Origin: Promethearchaeota archaeon | GTDB lineage: Archaea; Asgardarchaeota; Lokiarchaeia; Sigyniarchaeales; SOKP01 | Length of the DNA stretch: 64,000 nucleotides | NCBI GenBank assembly: GCA_016930515.1 | Contig: JAFGGO010000061.1 | Span: 44,172-108,171, forward strand | Direction of reading: 5' to 3' | Shown here: piece by piece, positions 39,765-48,383 of the stretch | Position numbering within the stretch: position 1 is the first letter of the stretch | Layout of the letters: each line of letters begins with the position of its first letter | Made by a program: the position numbers and the translations under genes | Notes under the pieces: generated by a model | Seen by the model: the letters and a program-made list of their open reading frames with translations, nothing else | Told to the model about the DNA's origin: nothing | The model's database searches: none

Positions 39765-40769
39765 TTACATTTTTGGTTTTTTTAGATTTTCTAATTTAAT
39801 TGGTTCTTCTTCCTTTTTATTTTCTTGATTGGTTTTAGTTTCTTCGTTTTCCAATTTTTTTATTACCCTCGTGAAGGTTTCAAGTTCTTTCTTCCTCAAA
39901 TTCTCTTCGTCAAGCGTGATAGCCTTTAATTCCTCGTCATTCATGGGTTTTAAAATGTCTCGAAAATCCAAAATCTCCTTATCTTTCATAACATTACTAA
40001 ATACACCTTTCAATTCACCAATAAATGCTGGCCTACCAGGAGGAGCTAAAGCTACAGATTTAGTTGGAACTCGTCTTATCCTCGTGATAGGTTGATCAAG
40101 AAGCGCGTGAGACAGATTTGAGCCCAAACTAACACCATTAAAACTAATATGCTTGAGAGTTTCAGTGATTTCTTTCAAGTAATTCTCAACATTAGCAAGT
40201 CTATCGTTGTTGATCTTGATTTCTGCCATAAGAGAATTCGAACCTGACACGCTTTCAATGGTTTTTTTTTCATATACAACCGTGTTTTTTTCCTTATTAT
40301 TTTGCTTATCCCTCGAAACTTCTTGATATACTCTTTCCTGTGTAAACGATGTCCTTACGGGTGTTTCTTCTACAGTAGCCCTTTTTTGATAGAGAGAAGT
40401 TATTTCATCTTCGTTCACGTAAATTTCAGACATTTCAAATTTCTGGTTTATTGATATTTCAATTCTTTTTCCCGATTTAAAAAATGCGGTTAATGAAAGG
40501 AAATTAATGTTAAGATCGTCTTTTTCCACCATTAAATCGAGGTCTATTGAAAAAAGAACGAAATCGGTATTTATAAAAAATTTCTTGATTGAAACAAGAA
40601 TGGGCATTTCAGTTCGATAGGGATCGTTGCGATTAACCTTAGAAAGTTCATATTTAAGGTTCATTCGCTTGATGTTTTCGGGAACGAATTGCTCTTTATC
40701 TCGCTCGTTTTTCTTGAACTCCAAGAACAAATTTTCGTGATCGTCCCAAAATACCTGGAATAGCTCCAT
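39765..40769 (-). CDS. hypothetical protein
   Basis: 334-aa ORF; beta-rich N-terminus and charged helical C-terminus. Confidence 0.7.
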   Translation of the reverse strand: MELFQVFWDDHENLFLEFKKNERDKEQFVPENIKRMNLKYELSKVNRNDPYRTEMPILVSIKKFFINTDFVLFSIDLDLMVEKDDLNINFLSLTAFFKSGKRIEISINQKFEMSEIYVNEDEITSLYQKRATVEETPVRTSFTQERVYQEVSRDKQNNKEKNTVVYEKKTIESVSGSNSLMAEIKINNDRLANVENYLKEITETLKHISFNGVSLGSNLSHALLDQPITRIRRVPTKSVALAPPGRPAFIGELKGVFSNVMKDKEILDFRDILKPMNDEELKAITLDEENLRKKELETFTRVIKKLENEETKTNQENKKEEEPIKLENLKKPKM

Positions 40770-41033
40770 GCTTATTTTACCAACCTATTATCTAGGATTG
40801 GTAATTTAAACTCCAAACAAATATTAAAAATGAGCAGTCCAAGAAATTTGTGATATATTCTTAACCTAAATAACTCATTTATTACCCTAACTTAAGACAA
40901 AGTAATGTATTATAGCAAGAAATTTTTTAAAAGAGAAGATTATATTTTTTCCTCATTATATTAATTAACATTAAAATTCATTCAAATGAATAATGCCAAT
41001 GGAATGTTCTTTTGTTATTGATTATAAAATAAT

Positions 41034-41321
41034 TCAATCAGGACCAAGTTGCCTTTTAAGGTCTATAAAAATAGGAATTTTTTTGTCCTTTTGTTCAATC
41101 ACGACTTTCAACATACCGTTTTCAATTGAAGTACTCAATGGGTGAATCTCTCCCTCACTTTCAATTTTTTTAACTCCAATACTTGAAGCGCGCTTAGTTT
41201 TCATTTTTAAACAAGTGTGTTCCTCATCGTATAAAATGCATTTCGAACAACAAAAACCTACTGGCATGTGTCCTACGATCGAACATAAGTCATAATTGTC
41301 ACAATTGCAATTATTGCACAT
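41034..41321 (-). CDS. 8-Cys microprotein, copy 2
   Basis: C-x2-C-x-C-x5-C-x10-CC-x2-C-x8-C; GGTGA SD-like site upstream. Confidence 0.8.
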   Translation of the reverse strand: MCNNCNCDNYDLCSIVGHMPVGFCCSKCILYDEEHTCLKMKTKRASSIGVKKIESEGEIHPLSTSIENGMLKVVIEQKDKKIPIFIDLKRQLGPD

Positions 41322-41341
41322 CTACGGATTTCACCAATGAA

Positions 41342-41563
41342 TTAATGTTGTATTTCTGGATAATCTAATAGTTTTTTCGCCTTAGTTTTCACGCAAAAAG
41401 CACTAGGAAGTACAGGTTTATTTTTCAAGGTCCATCCCATCTTAGCTTTAAGACAAGTCAACATTTCGTCGTAATGCTCGCATTTCGAACAACAAAATCC
41501 TATTGGTTGCATTCCAACAATCGAACACAGCTCATAATCATCACAATTACAATCATTACACAT
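41342..41563 (-). CDS. 8-Cys microprotein, copy 1
   Basis: Same Cys pattern; 29/39 N-terminal residues identical to copy 2. Confidence 0.8.
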   Translation of the reverse strand: MCNDCNCDDYELCSIVGMQPIGFCCSKCEHYDEMLTCLKAKMGWTLKNKPVLPSAFCVKTKAKKLLDYPEIQH

Positions 41564-41693
41564 TTTTAACAATCACACCAGAGAAATTTTTTTTTGGATT
41601 TCTCCATTATTGTATATTTTTTTACTTATATTTAAATCTTATGCAAAAAATGATCCATTTCCGACATATCCGTAATTATAAATGCACGAATCC

Positions 41694-41799
41694 GATAATG
41701 ATAGGATTTGTGATGATTGTCTTTGTCATTATTGATCGATAACGATCATCATTAAGCGACTTTTACAATCTTAAGGTCAATTGTGATCGGGATGGAATC
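41694..41799. promoter_or_regulatory. second phased GATC-like array, upstream of the 8-Cys genes
   Basis: GATC at 41734, 41744 and 41785; variants at 41694, 41705, 41715, 41724, 41767, 41775 and 41796. Confidence 0.45.
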
Positions 41800-41970
41800 A
41801 CAATTTACACATTATTTCCTGTCCTTTATAATTATTCGTGACATTACGAATCAAACATATAAAATTAAAATAACTTCATTTAATATGATTTCTTAAAAAA
41901 TTCGCAGGCTCCATTCATTAATAATTAATTAATCACAATTTAATTACTTTCAAAAATATGTGAAATAAAT

Positions 41971-42135
41971 ATGATATGTTGTGAATAGTGTAATAACCCA
42001 ATTGAAGAAGATAAAATCAACTCTTTCATAGCATTTACATTAGGAAACACCAAAAAGGGAGATTTTATACCTATTGGATCAATTTACTATCACAGAGATT
42101 GCTTGAGAAAACAAAAACCTATCAAAACACTATAG
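41971..42135 (+). pseudogene. CxxC...HxxC Zn-finger microprotein interrupted by an in-frame TAG
   Basis: MICCE*CNNPIEEDKINSFIAFTLGNTKKGDFIPIGSIYYHRDCLRKQKPIKTL*. Confidence 0.6.
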
Positions 42136-42245
42136 ATCCTTCTTTAAAAGGATTTTAACTTCTTTTTTTTATTACCTCTCATTAATATTGAAAAATTTTA
42201 TTATTTGCTAAAATATAAATGTATGAAGAAGAGTACATATGGTGA

Positions 42246-42881
42246 ATGACTACAAACGATACAGAAGACGACGGACTTATTCGATTTATTTGTCCTTATT
42301 GTAGTATGAGCTTTAAAAAGGCAATCGAATTACAGAAGACTGCTAGAATAAATACAATTCTCATAAAAAATCATCCAGAGGGAAAAAATTGCCGCCCATT
42401 CATAGCCTTCATTGACTCGTTTGGAAAACATAGGGGATCACAAAAAATAGATAATGTAGAAGAAGCAGCATCGGTCAACAATCAGATCATTGAATCATCG
42501 TTAAAAACTATTAACGAACTGGAAGATATGATACGTTTTTATCACCTAAAACTTCCTCGAGGTAAAGGAAGGGGATTTGAGCATAAGGTATCGAATGTTA
42601 CAGATAGAGCGGTAATGAGTTCGCAGTTTTATGTTTTATTAGTCGAATCGTTGGTACAAATAGTAGAAGATAATGTTTTTGGTATCGTCACAATAGAAAA
42701 AGACAATAATTTCGAAGGTGGTCTTTTGGTTTATGGAAAATATAATGGTATGATCTACTCAATTTTTTGGCGAGACCAAAAATCGCTCCAGGAAAAATCT
42801 TTAGATGATTTACGCGCCAATGCTAATTTAACCATTGAACAATTGCTCGATATTTACAATCTCTTAGAGTTCTTTTATTAA
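42246..42881 (+). CDS. hypothetical protein with N-terminal Zn-ribbon-like domain
   Basis: FICPYC...H....C.PFIAFID. Confidence 0.75.
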   Translation: MTTNDTEDDGLIRFICPYCSMSFKKAIELQKTARINTILIKNHPEGKNCRPFIAFIDSFGKHRGSQKIDNVEEAASVNNQIIESSLKTINELEDMIRFYHLKLPRGKGRGFEHKVSNVTDRAVMSSQFYVLLVESLVQIVEDNVFGIVTIEKDNNFEGGLLVYGKYNGMIYSIFWRDQKSLQEKSLDDLRANANLTIEQLLDIYNLLEFFY

Positions 42882-43182
42882 ATCTGATATTTAAATCTAA
42901 AAAGATTTTTTATATAGGAAAGACTCCATAAAAAGTGCTATAAAAAGCTGATTTTCTGAATTTTTATACAATCACAATTGTTATATGCGCGTTTTTGCCT
43001 CGATGGGCGATCATAATCGTTGAAAAGATCGACTTTCGTTGATGCTCAGACTCTTTTTTTTCGGATTCGATCATTTTTTGCCCTCCGAATATAGAAATTT
43101 TTAAATACTAGCATGATGAATATATTCATAGTTTAAAGAAATACCAATTTTGGAATAATATATCTATAATAGCTAGATTAAC

Positions 43183-43680
43183 ATGAGTGTTATAAATTTT
43201 GATTTTAGGAATGAAGTTATGAAACATAACGCGTCCTTAAGCTACTGTTATCAATGCTCGACATGTTCTGGAGGTTGTCCTGTCGCATTAATAACTGAAG
43301 GGGCTTATAATCCTAGAAAGATCATAGAAGAAGCAATACTGGGTTTTCAAGAAAGGTTAATTGAGTCTAAAGATCCTAATATTTGGTTGTGCTCGACATG
43401 TCAAAAATGCGTTGAATTATGTCCCCAGAAAGTAGAACTCACGGAAATTTTTTCCGTGATAAAAAATAAGTGTTTTGAAGAGGGAAAATGTCCCGATGCG
43501 TTTTATTCTCAGGGAAAGACCGTTTTAGAAAATGGCATCGCAATTCCATACTCAAAAGCAATTACTTCCAGGCGAGAAAAGCTAGGATTACCCAATATTA
43601 AGACTGCTCAAATCGAGGAAATTCAAAAAATCATGCAATCAACTAAGTTTAATATATTCATTAATAAAGGAGGAGAATGA
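43183..43680 (+). CDS. hdrC: heterodisulfide reductase subunit C-like
   Basis: CYQCSTCSGGCP and WLCSTCQKCVELCP motifs. Confidence 0.93.
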   Translation: MSVINFDFRNEVMKHNASLSYCYQCSTCSGGCPVALITEGAYNPRKIIEEAILGFQERLIESKDPNIWLCSTCQKCVELCPQKVELTEIFSVIKNKCFEEGKCPDAFYSQGKTVLENGIAIPYSKAITSRREKLGLPNIKTAQIEEIQKIMQSTKFNIFINKGGE

Positions 43681-43684
43681 AAAA

Positions 43685-44560
43685 ATGAGTTACGACTTAT
43701 TTTTAGGATGTGTCATACCAGCGCGATTGCCTTTCTTAGAACTTTCTTCGAGAAAGATTTTTGAAAAACTAGGGATTGAACTAAACGATGTTGATGGATT
43801 TAGTTGCTGTCCAGATCCAACAGGAATAGAACTGATTGACCAAAAAACATGGCTTGCAATGGGTGCAAGAAACTTAAGTTTATGCAATAAAAATGGTGGT
43901 GTGGTTTCCTTTTGTTCAGGTTGCGTTGAGACCTTAAAAGGAGTTAATTACCACATCAAAAAAGAAGAATCGGTCAAAAAGGATGTAAACGAGATCCTTA
44001 GTAAGGTTGGTAAAATTTACGACGGAAGCGTAGATGTAAAACATTTTGCTCAGGTTCTCTACGAAAATATTGAAAAAGTTAGAAAGAATGTGGTAAAACC
44101 ACTTGAAAACTTCAAAATTGCCGTTCATTACGGTTGCCACTATTTAAGACCTTCAGAAATTATTGCTTGGGATGATCCTTTCGAACCGCGAACTTTAGAC
44201 GAGATCGTGGAAGTCCTTGGGGCAGAATCAATAGATTACGATATGAAAGCGGAATGTTGTGGAAATCCCGTTGATAAATCAGATAAAGAACTTTCCTTGT
44301 TAATGATAAAAAATAAATTAGAGGCAATTCAAAATTCTGGAGCTAACTGCATTGCTTTAGTTTGTCCAGCATGTTATCAACAATTTGAATTCAACCAAAA
44401 GGAACTAAATAAATCTGGAGAATGTAATTTTGAAATTCCCGTGTTTTACCTATCAGAATTAATCGCTTTGGCGTTTGGTTTCAAACCTGAAGAACTAGGT
44501 TTTAACTTCCACCGAGTAAAACCAAAGGTCTTATTCGAAAAAATTCAATTTTTTGGATGA
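43685..44560 (+). CDS. hdrB: heterodisulfide reductase subunit B-like
   Basis: GC, SCCP, CSGC, HYGCHYLRP, CCG and CPAC..Q (two CCG domains). Confidence 0.95.
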   Translation: MSYDLFLGCVIPARLPFLELSSRKIFEKLGIELNDVDGFSCCPDPTGIELIDQKTWLAMGARNLSLCNKNGGVVSFCSGCVETLKGVNYHIKKEESVKKDVNEILSKVGKIYDGSVDVKHFAQVLYENIEKVRKNVVKPLENFKIAVHYGCHYLRPSEIIAWDDPFEPRTLDEIVEVLGAESIDYDMKAECCGNPVDKSDKELSLLMIKNKLEAIQNSGANCIALVCPACYQQFEFNQKELNKSGECNFEIPVFYLSELIALAFGFKPEELGFNFHRVKPKVLFEKIQFFG

Positions 44561-44608
44561 TTGATTCATTCAAAATTTAATCAGAATTAATAGAAATGTG
44601 ATGAAAAA

Positions 44609-45919
44609 TTGGCAAAAATTTCAAAGAGTGCCTTAGTAATTGGCGGAGGAATAGCAGGTATCCAGGCAGCCTTGGACCTAGCCGATATGGGAATACATGT
44701 TGATATGGTGGAGAAAAAACCTTGTATAGGTGGACGCATGGCTCAATTAGATAAAACTTTTCCCACGAACGACTGTTCCATCTGTATTTTAGCTCCGAAG
44801 CTATCAGAATGTTTCCGCCATCCAAATATAAAAATATACTCGTTTTCGGATATTCAAAAAGTTAAAGGCTCTCAAGGTAATTTTAAGGTTGATATTTTAA
44901 AGCGAGCGCGTTACGTAAAAGAAGATGAGTGTATTAATTGTGGTCTGTGCGCTGAAAAGTGTCCCATGAGGGTTGATGATGAGTTCGATCGACAATTAAG
45001 AAAACGTAAAGCAATCTATATGTATTATCTACAAGGCGTTCCCGCAGTTATGACTATCGATGAGGATAAATGCCTATATTTGACGAAAAACGCATGCAGG
45101 ATATGCGAAAAAAATTGTGATCGAAACGCAATTGATTTCGAACAAAGGGATGAAGAAATAAAATTAAAAGATGTTGGTTCTATCGTGGTTGCTACTGGGT
45201 ACAGTCTCATCGAAGATTTTCAAAACGATGCGTTAAAAAATTATGGTTACAAAAAATTGAGAAATGTTGTTACAGCAATGGAATTCGAACGCATGATGTG
45301 TGCCTCGGGACCCCAAGAAGGGCACATCAAGAGATTTTCTGATGGAAAAACCCCGAAAAAGATTGCTTTCTTGCAATGTATTGGGTCCCGGAGCGAAAAT
45401 AGCAAAAAATATTGTTCATCAATATGTTGCATGTATACGACTAAAGAAGCGATGATAGCTCACGAACACGATAATGAGCTTGAATCTTATATTTTCTATA
45501 TTGATATGAGAGCTGGAGGGAAGGGTTTTCAATCATTTTTAAAGAGAGGCGCCGAGGAATATAATATAAAATATATTAAAAGCAAAGTTTCAGAAGTCAC
45601 GATCGATAATTCAGAAAACCCACAGATCGTGTATGAAGACCTCGAAGAATCAAAGATCAAGAAAATGGGTGTGGATTTAGTAGTTCTGGCCACATGTATG
45701 GTTCCTCCCCGAGGAATCGAGGACTTGGCAGACACTTTAAAAATCGAATTAAATGATTATCATTTCATTAAAACGAAACCATTTTATCCCGTCGAAACGA
45801 GTAGGGAAGGTATTTTTACTTGTGGATGTGCTCACGAGCCCATGGACATCCCCCGTTCTGTTTCTGAAGCAAGTGGTGCTGCAGCGCGGGCGGCAGAAAT
45901 TATACGAGGTGCAGATTAA
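44609..45919 (+). CDS. hdrA: HdrA-like flavoprotein, short form with inserted ferredoxin
   Basis: GGGIAG, LDKTFPTNDCSIC, QCIGSR, CSSICC and PMDIP motifs. Confidence 0.9.
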   Translation: MAKISKSALVIGGGIAGIQAALDLADMGIHVDMVEKKPCIGGRMAQLDKTFPTNDCSICILAPKLSECFRHPNIKIYSFSDIQKVKGSQGNFKVDILKRARYVKEDECINCGLCAEKCPMRVDDEFDRQLRKRKAIYMYYLQGVPAVMTIDEDKCLYLTKNACRICEKNCDRNAIDFEQRDEEIKLKDVGSIVVATGYSLIEDFQNDALKNYGYKKLRNVVTAMEFERMMCASGPQEGHIKRFSDGKTPKKIAFLQCIGSRSENSKKYCSSICCMYTTKEAMIAHEHDNELESYIFYIDMRAGGKGFQSFLKRGAEEYNIKYIKSKVSEVTIDNSENPQIVYEDLEESKIKKMGVDLVVLATCMVPPRGIEDLADTLKIELNDYHFIKTKPFYPVETSREGIFTCGCAHEPMDIPRSVSEASGAAARAAEIIRGAD

Positions 45920-47613
45920 TGGAAGTTAAAAAAAATGATGAGAATCCAAGAATAGGTGTTTTTATTTGTCATTGTGGTTCGAATATAGGTGGATTGATCG
46001 ACTGTGTTGGGTTAGCAAAATACGCAGAAGGACTACCCAACGTTGTTCATAGCGAGGATAACTTATATACATGCTCTGAAAACGGATTAAACGCCATTAA
46101 AAAAGCCATTCGAGAGGATAGTCTCAATCGAGTAGTTGTAGCATCTTGTACTCCGAGAACACACGAACCACTCTTTCGAGAGTGTATTTCAGAAGAAGGA
46201 TTGAATGAATATTTATTTAATTTCGTAAATATTCGCGATCAATGCACTTGGGTTCATATGAAGCAACCAAAAGAAGCATTTGAAAAAGCTAAAGATCTAG
46301 TTAAGATGGGTGTCGCAAAAGCGAGTAAGCTAGAAGCTCTCGATAAAGTTAATGTGAAGATTAATCCTGCAGTCTTAATTATTGGTGGAGGCATAGCAGG
46401 TATGAGTGCTGCTTTAAACTTGAGCAATCAAGGATTCAAAACCTTTATACTTGAAAAAGAGGCACAATTAGGAGGGAGATTAAGATATCTGCATAAGTTA
46501 TTTCCACATGGAATGGATGCGTCCGAACTACTTGAAAATATTTACGATAAAATAAAAAATTCTCCAAATTTAACCATTTTTACGTCTTCAAGCATGAAAG
46601 ATGTTGAAGGTTTTGTCGGAAATTATGATGTTGACATTCAACACGACGGAATTATTGAATCCATTACAGTTGGAGCCATAATTGTTACTGTTGGAGCGTC
46701 TTTGTTTGTTCCAAAGAACATATATGGTTATGATGGGAAAATAAGAATAACCCAACAAGAATTAGAGCAAAAATGGATCAAGAAAGACCTTGAAGCAAAA
46801 AATATAGTAATGATACAGTGTGTTGGTTCTAGGTCCGAGGAGAGAGTCTATTGTTCTAGCGTGTGCTGTCCAACTGCCTTGAAAAACGCAATATTATTAA
46901 AAGAGGACGATCCAATTAGAAATGTTACTATTTTGTTCAGGGATATATATTCGCCTGGAATGGCTTATGAACAAATCTATAGAAAAGCCAGGGAATTAGG
47001 TGTAATTTTTATTAGATATTCCTCTGAAAGGCCCCCTCAAGTAGAAGAAACACATATAGAGGTCTATAATGAATTTATAGGAGAGACCATTATCATTCCG
47101 TACGATCTTCTCGTCTTATCTACGCCACTTATTGCGAATGAGGATAACAAACAACTCGCCCAGCTATTAAAAGTGCCTTTAGAATCCAACAAATTCTTCT
47201 TGGAAGCTCACGTGAAATTAAGGCCGAACGATTTTGCAACGGACGGCGTGTTTATAGGAGGCGCGGCAAAGTGGCCGGTCGATGTTACAGAAGCAATAAC
47301 CCAAGGATACGCAGCTGCTTCAAGAGCGAGCACGATCTTATCACACGATACGATTCAGGTAGAAGGCGCCACTTCAGATATACCTGAGTGGAACAAAAAC
47401 CTGTGCACGGGATGCGAAGTCTGCATAAAAGTATGTCCTTATAAAGCAATTATAAAAAATGAAAACGACGAAATAGAAATAATACGAGCCGTGTGTAAGG
47501 GATGTGGAGTGTGCGGTGCGACTTGTTCTAAACATGCCATTGAAATCAAACATTTTACTGACGAGCAAATATTATCAGAAATCTATGCATATGGAGGGAA
47601 AGAAGCATGGTGA
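45919..47613 (+). CDS. hdrA: HdrA-like flavoprotein with N-terminal CHCG domain and C-terminal ferredoxin
   Basis: RIGVFICHCG, ASCTPRTHE, NIRDQC.WVH, EAHVKLRP and 2x[4Fe-4S]. Confidence 0.9.
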   Translation: MEVKKNDENPRIGVFICHCGSNIGGLIDCVGLAKYAEGLPNVVHSEDNLYTCSENGLNAIKKAIREDSLNRVVVASCTPRTHEPLFRECISEEGLNEYLFNFVNIRDQCTWVHMKQPKEAFEKAKDLVKMGVAKASKLEALDKVNVKINPAVLIIGGGIAGMSAALNLSNQGFKTFILEKEAQLGGRLRYLHKLFPHGMDASELLENIYDKIKNSPNLTIFTSSSMKDVEGFVGNYDVDIQHDGIIESITVGAIIVTVGASLFVPKNIYGYDGKIRITQQELEQKWIKKDLEAKNIVMIQCVGSRSEERVYCSSVCCPTALKNAILLKEDDPIRNVTILFRDIYSPGMAYEQIYRKARELGVIFIRYSSERPPQVEETHIEVYNEFIGETIIIPYDLLVLSTPLIANEDNKQLAQLLKVPLESNKFFLEAHVKLRPNDFATDGVFIGGAAKWPVDVTEAITQGYAAASRASTILSHDTIQVEGATSDIPEWNKNLCTGCEVCIKVCPYKAIIKNENDEIEIIRAVCKGCGVCGATCSKHAIEIKHFTDEQILSEIYAYGGKEAW

Positions 47614-48371
47614 ATTTTGAACCTCGAATTTTGGGATTTTTATGTAATTGGTGCTCCTATGCTGGTGCTGACCTTGCTGGAGTTAGTAGGATTCAATATC
47701 CACCTAACATGCGAGTTATAAGAGTCATGTGCAGTGGCCGTGTCGATCCAAAGTTCATTTTTGAAGGGCTTTTACAGGGTCTTGATGGCATTTTTATAAT
47801 GGGATGTCACATCGGCGATTGCCATTATCTGGAAGGAAACTACGAAGCAGAAAAAAAATTCCATATGGTAAAAAAATTTTTAGAATTCATTGGAATGCAA
47901 AATAGGGTAAGGTTGGATTGGGTTTCTGCCTCAGAAGGAGCAAGATTTGGAGAATTAGTTCTTGAGTTTGTTAATCACATAAAAAGTTTAGGACCATCCC
48001 CCTTGAGTGGAGTAGATAAAGATAAAAGCTTAGAATTCAAATTAAAAGCGATTGAAAGGGCGGCAGGAACGAGTAGGATTCGTGCATTGGTTGGAAGGGA
48101 AAGAAAAATAACTGAATTCGAAAATGTTTACGGAGAAAAATATCCAATGGACAAATTTGAGGGTTTATTTAACGAAGCCATTCGAGACGAATTTATTCGA
48201 GCAAGTATATTACTTTTCCTTGAAAAAGAGCCCCAGTCGATTAAAAATTTGGCATTGCAACTTAATATTGATTCGAGTGAAGTACTCGAAAATATTGTGG
48301 TCTTAAAAGGGCGAGCCCAAGTAGATATGAGTGAAATAGAGGGAATTTCCCCAATATATATAAGAACTTGA
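47607..48371 (+). CDS. mvhD: MvhD-like 2Fe-2S subunit with C-terminal extension
   Basis: FLCNWCSYAGAD, MCSGRV, GCH.GDCHY and WVSASEG, plus about 120 extra aa. Confidence 0.9.
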   Translation: MVNFEPRILGFLCNWCSYAGADLAGVSRIQYPPNMRVIRVMCSGRVDPKFIFEGLLQGLDGIFIMGCHIGDCHYLEGNYEAEKKFHMVKKFLEFIGMQNRVRLDWVSASEGARFGELVLEFVNHIKSLGPSPLSGVDKDKSLEFKLKAIERAAGTSRIRALVGRERKITEFENVYGEKYPMDKFEGLFNEAIRDEFIRASILLFLEKEPQSIKNLALQLNIDSSEVLENIVVLKGRAQVDMSEIEGISPIYIRT

Positions 48372-48383
48372 GAGGATTAAACT

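Noticed and set aside
41503-41742. 79-aa His-rich + strand ORF
   Set aside because: Antisense to the 8-Cys gene and overlapping its promoter array; probably spurious.
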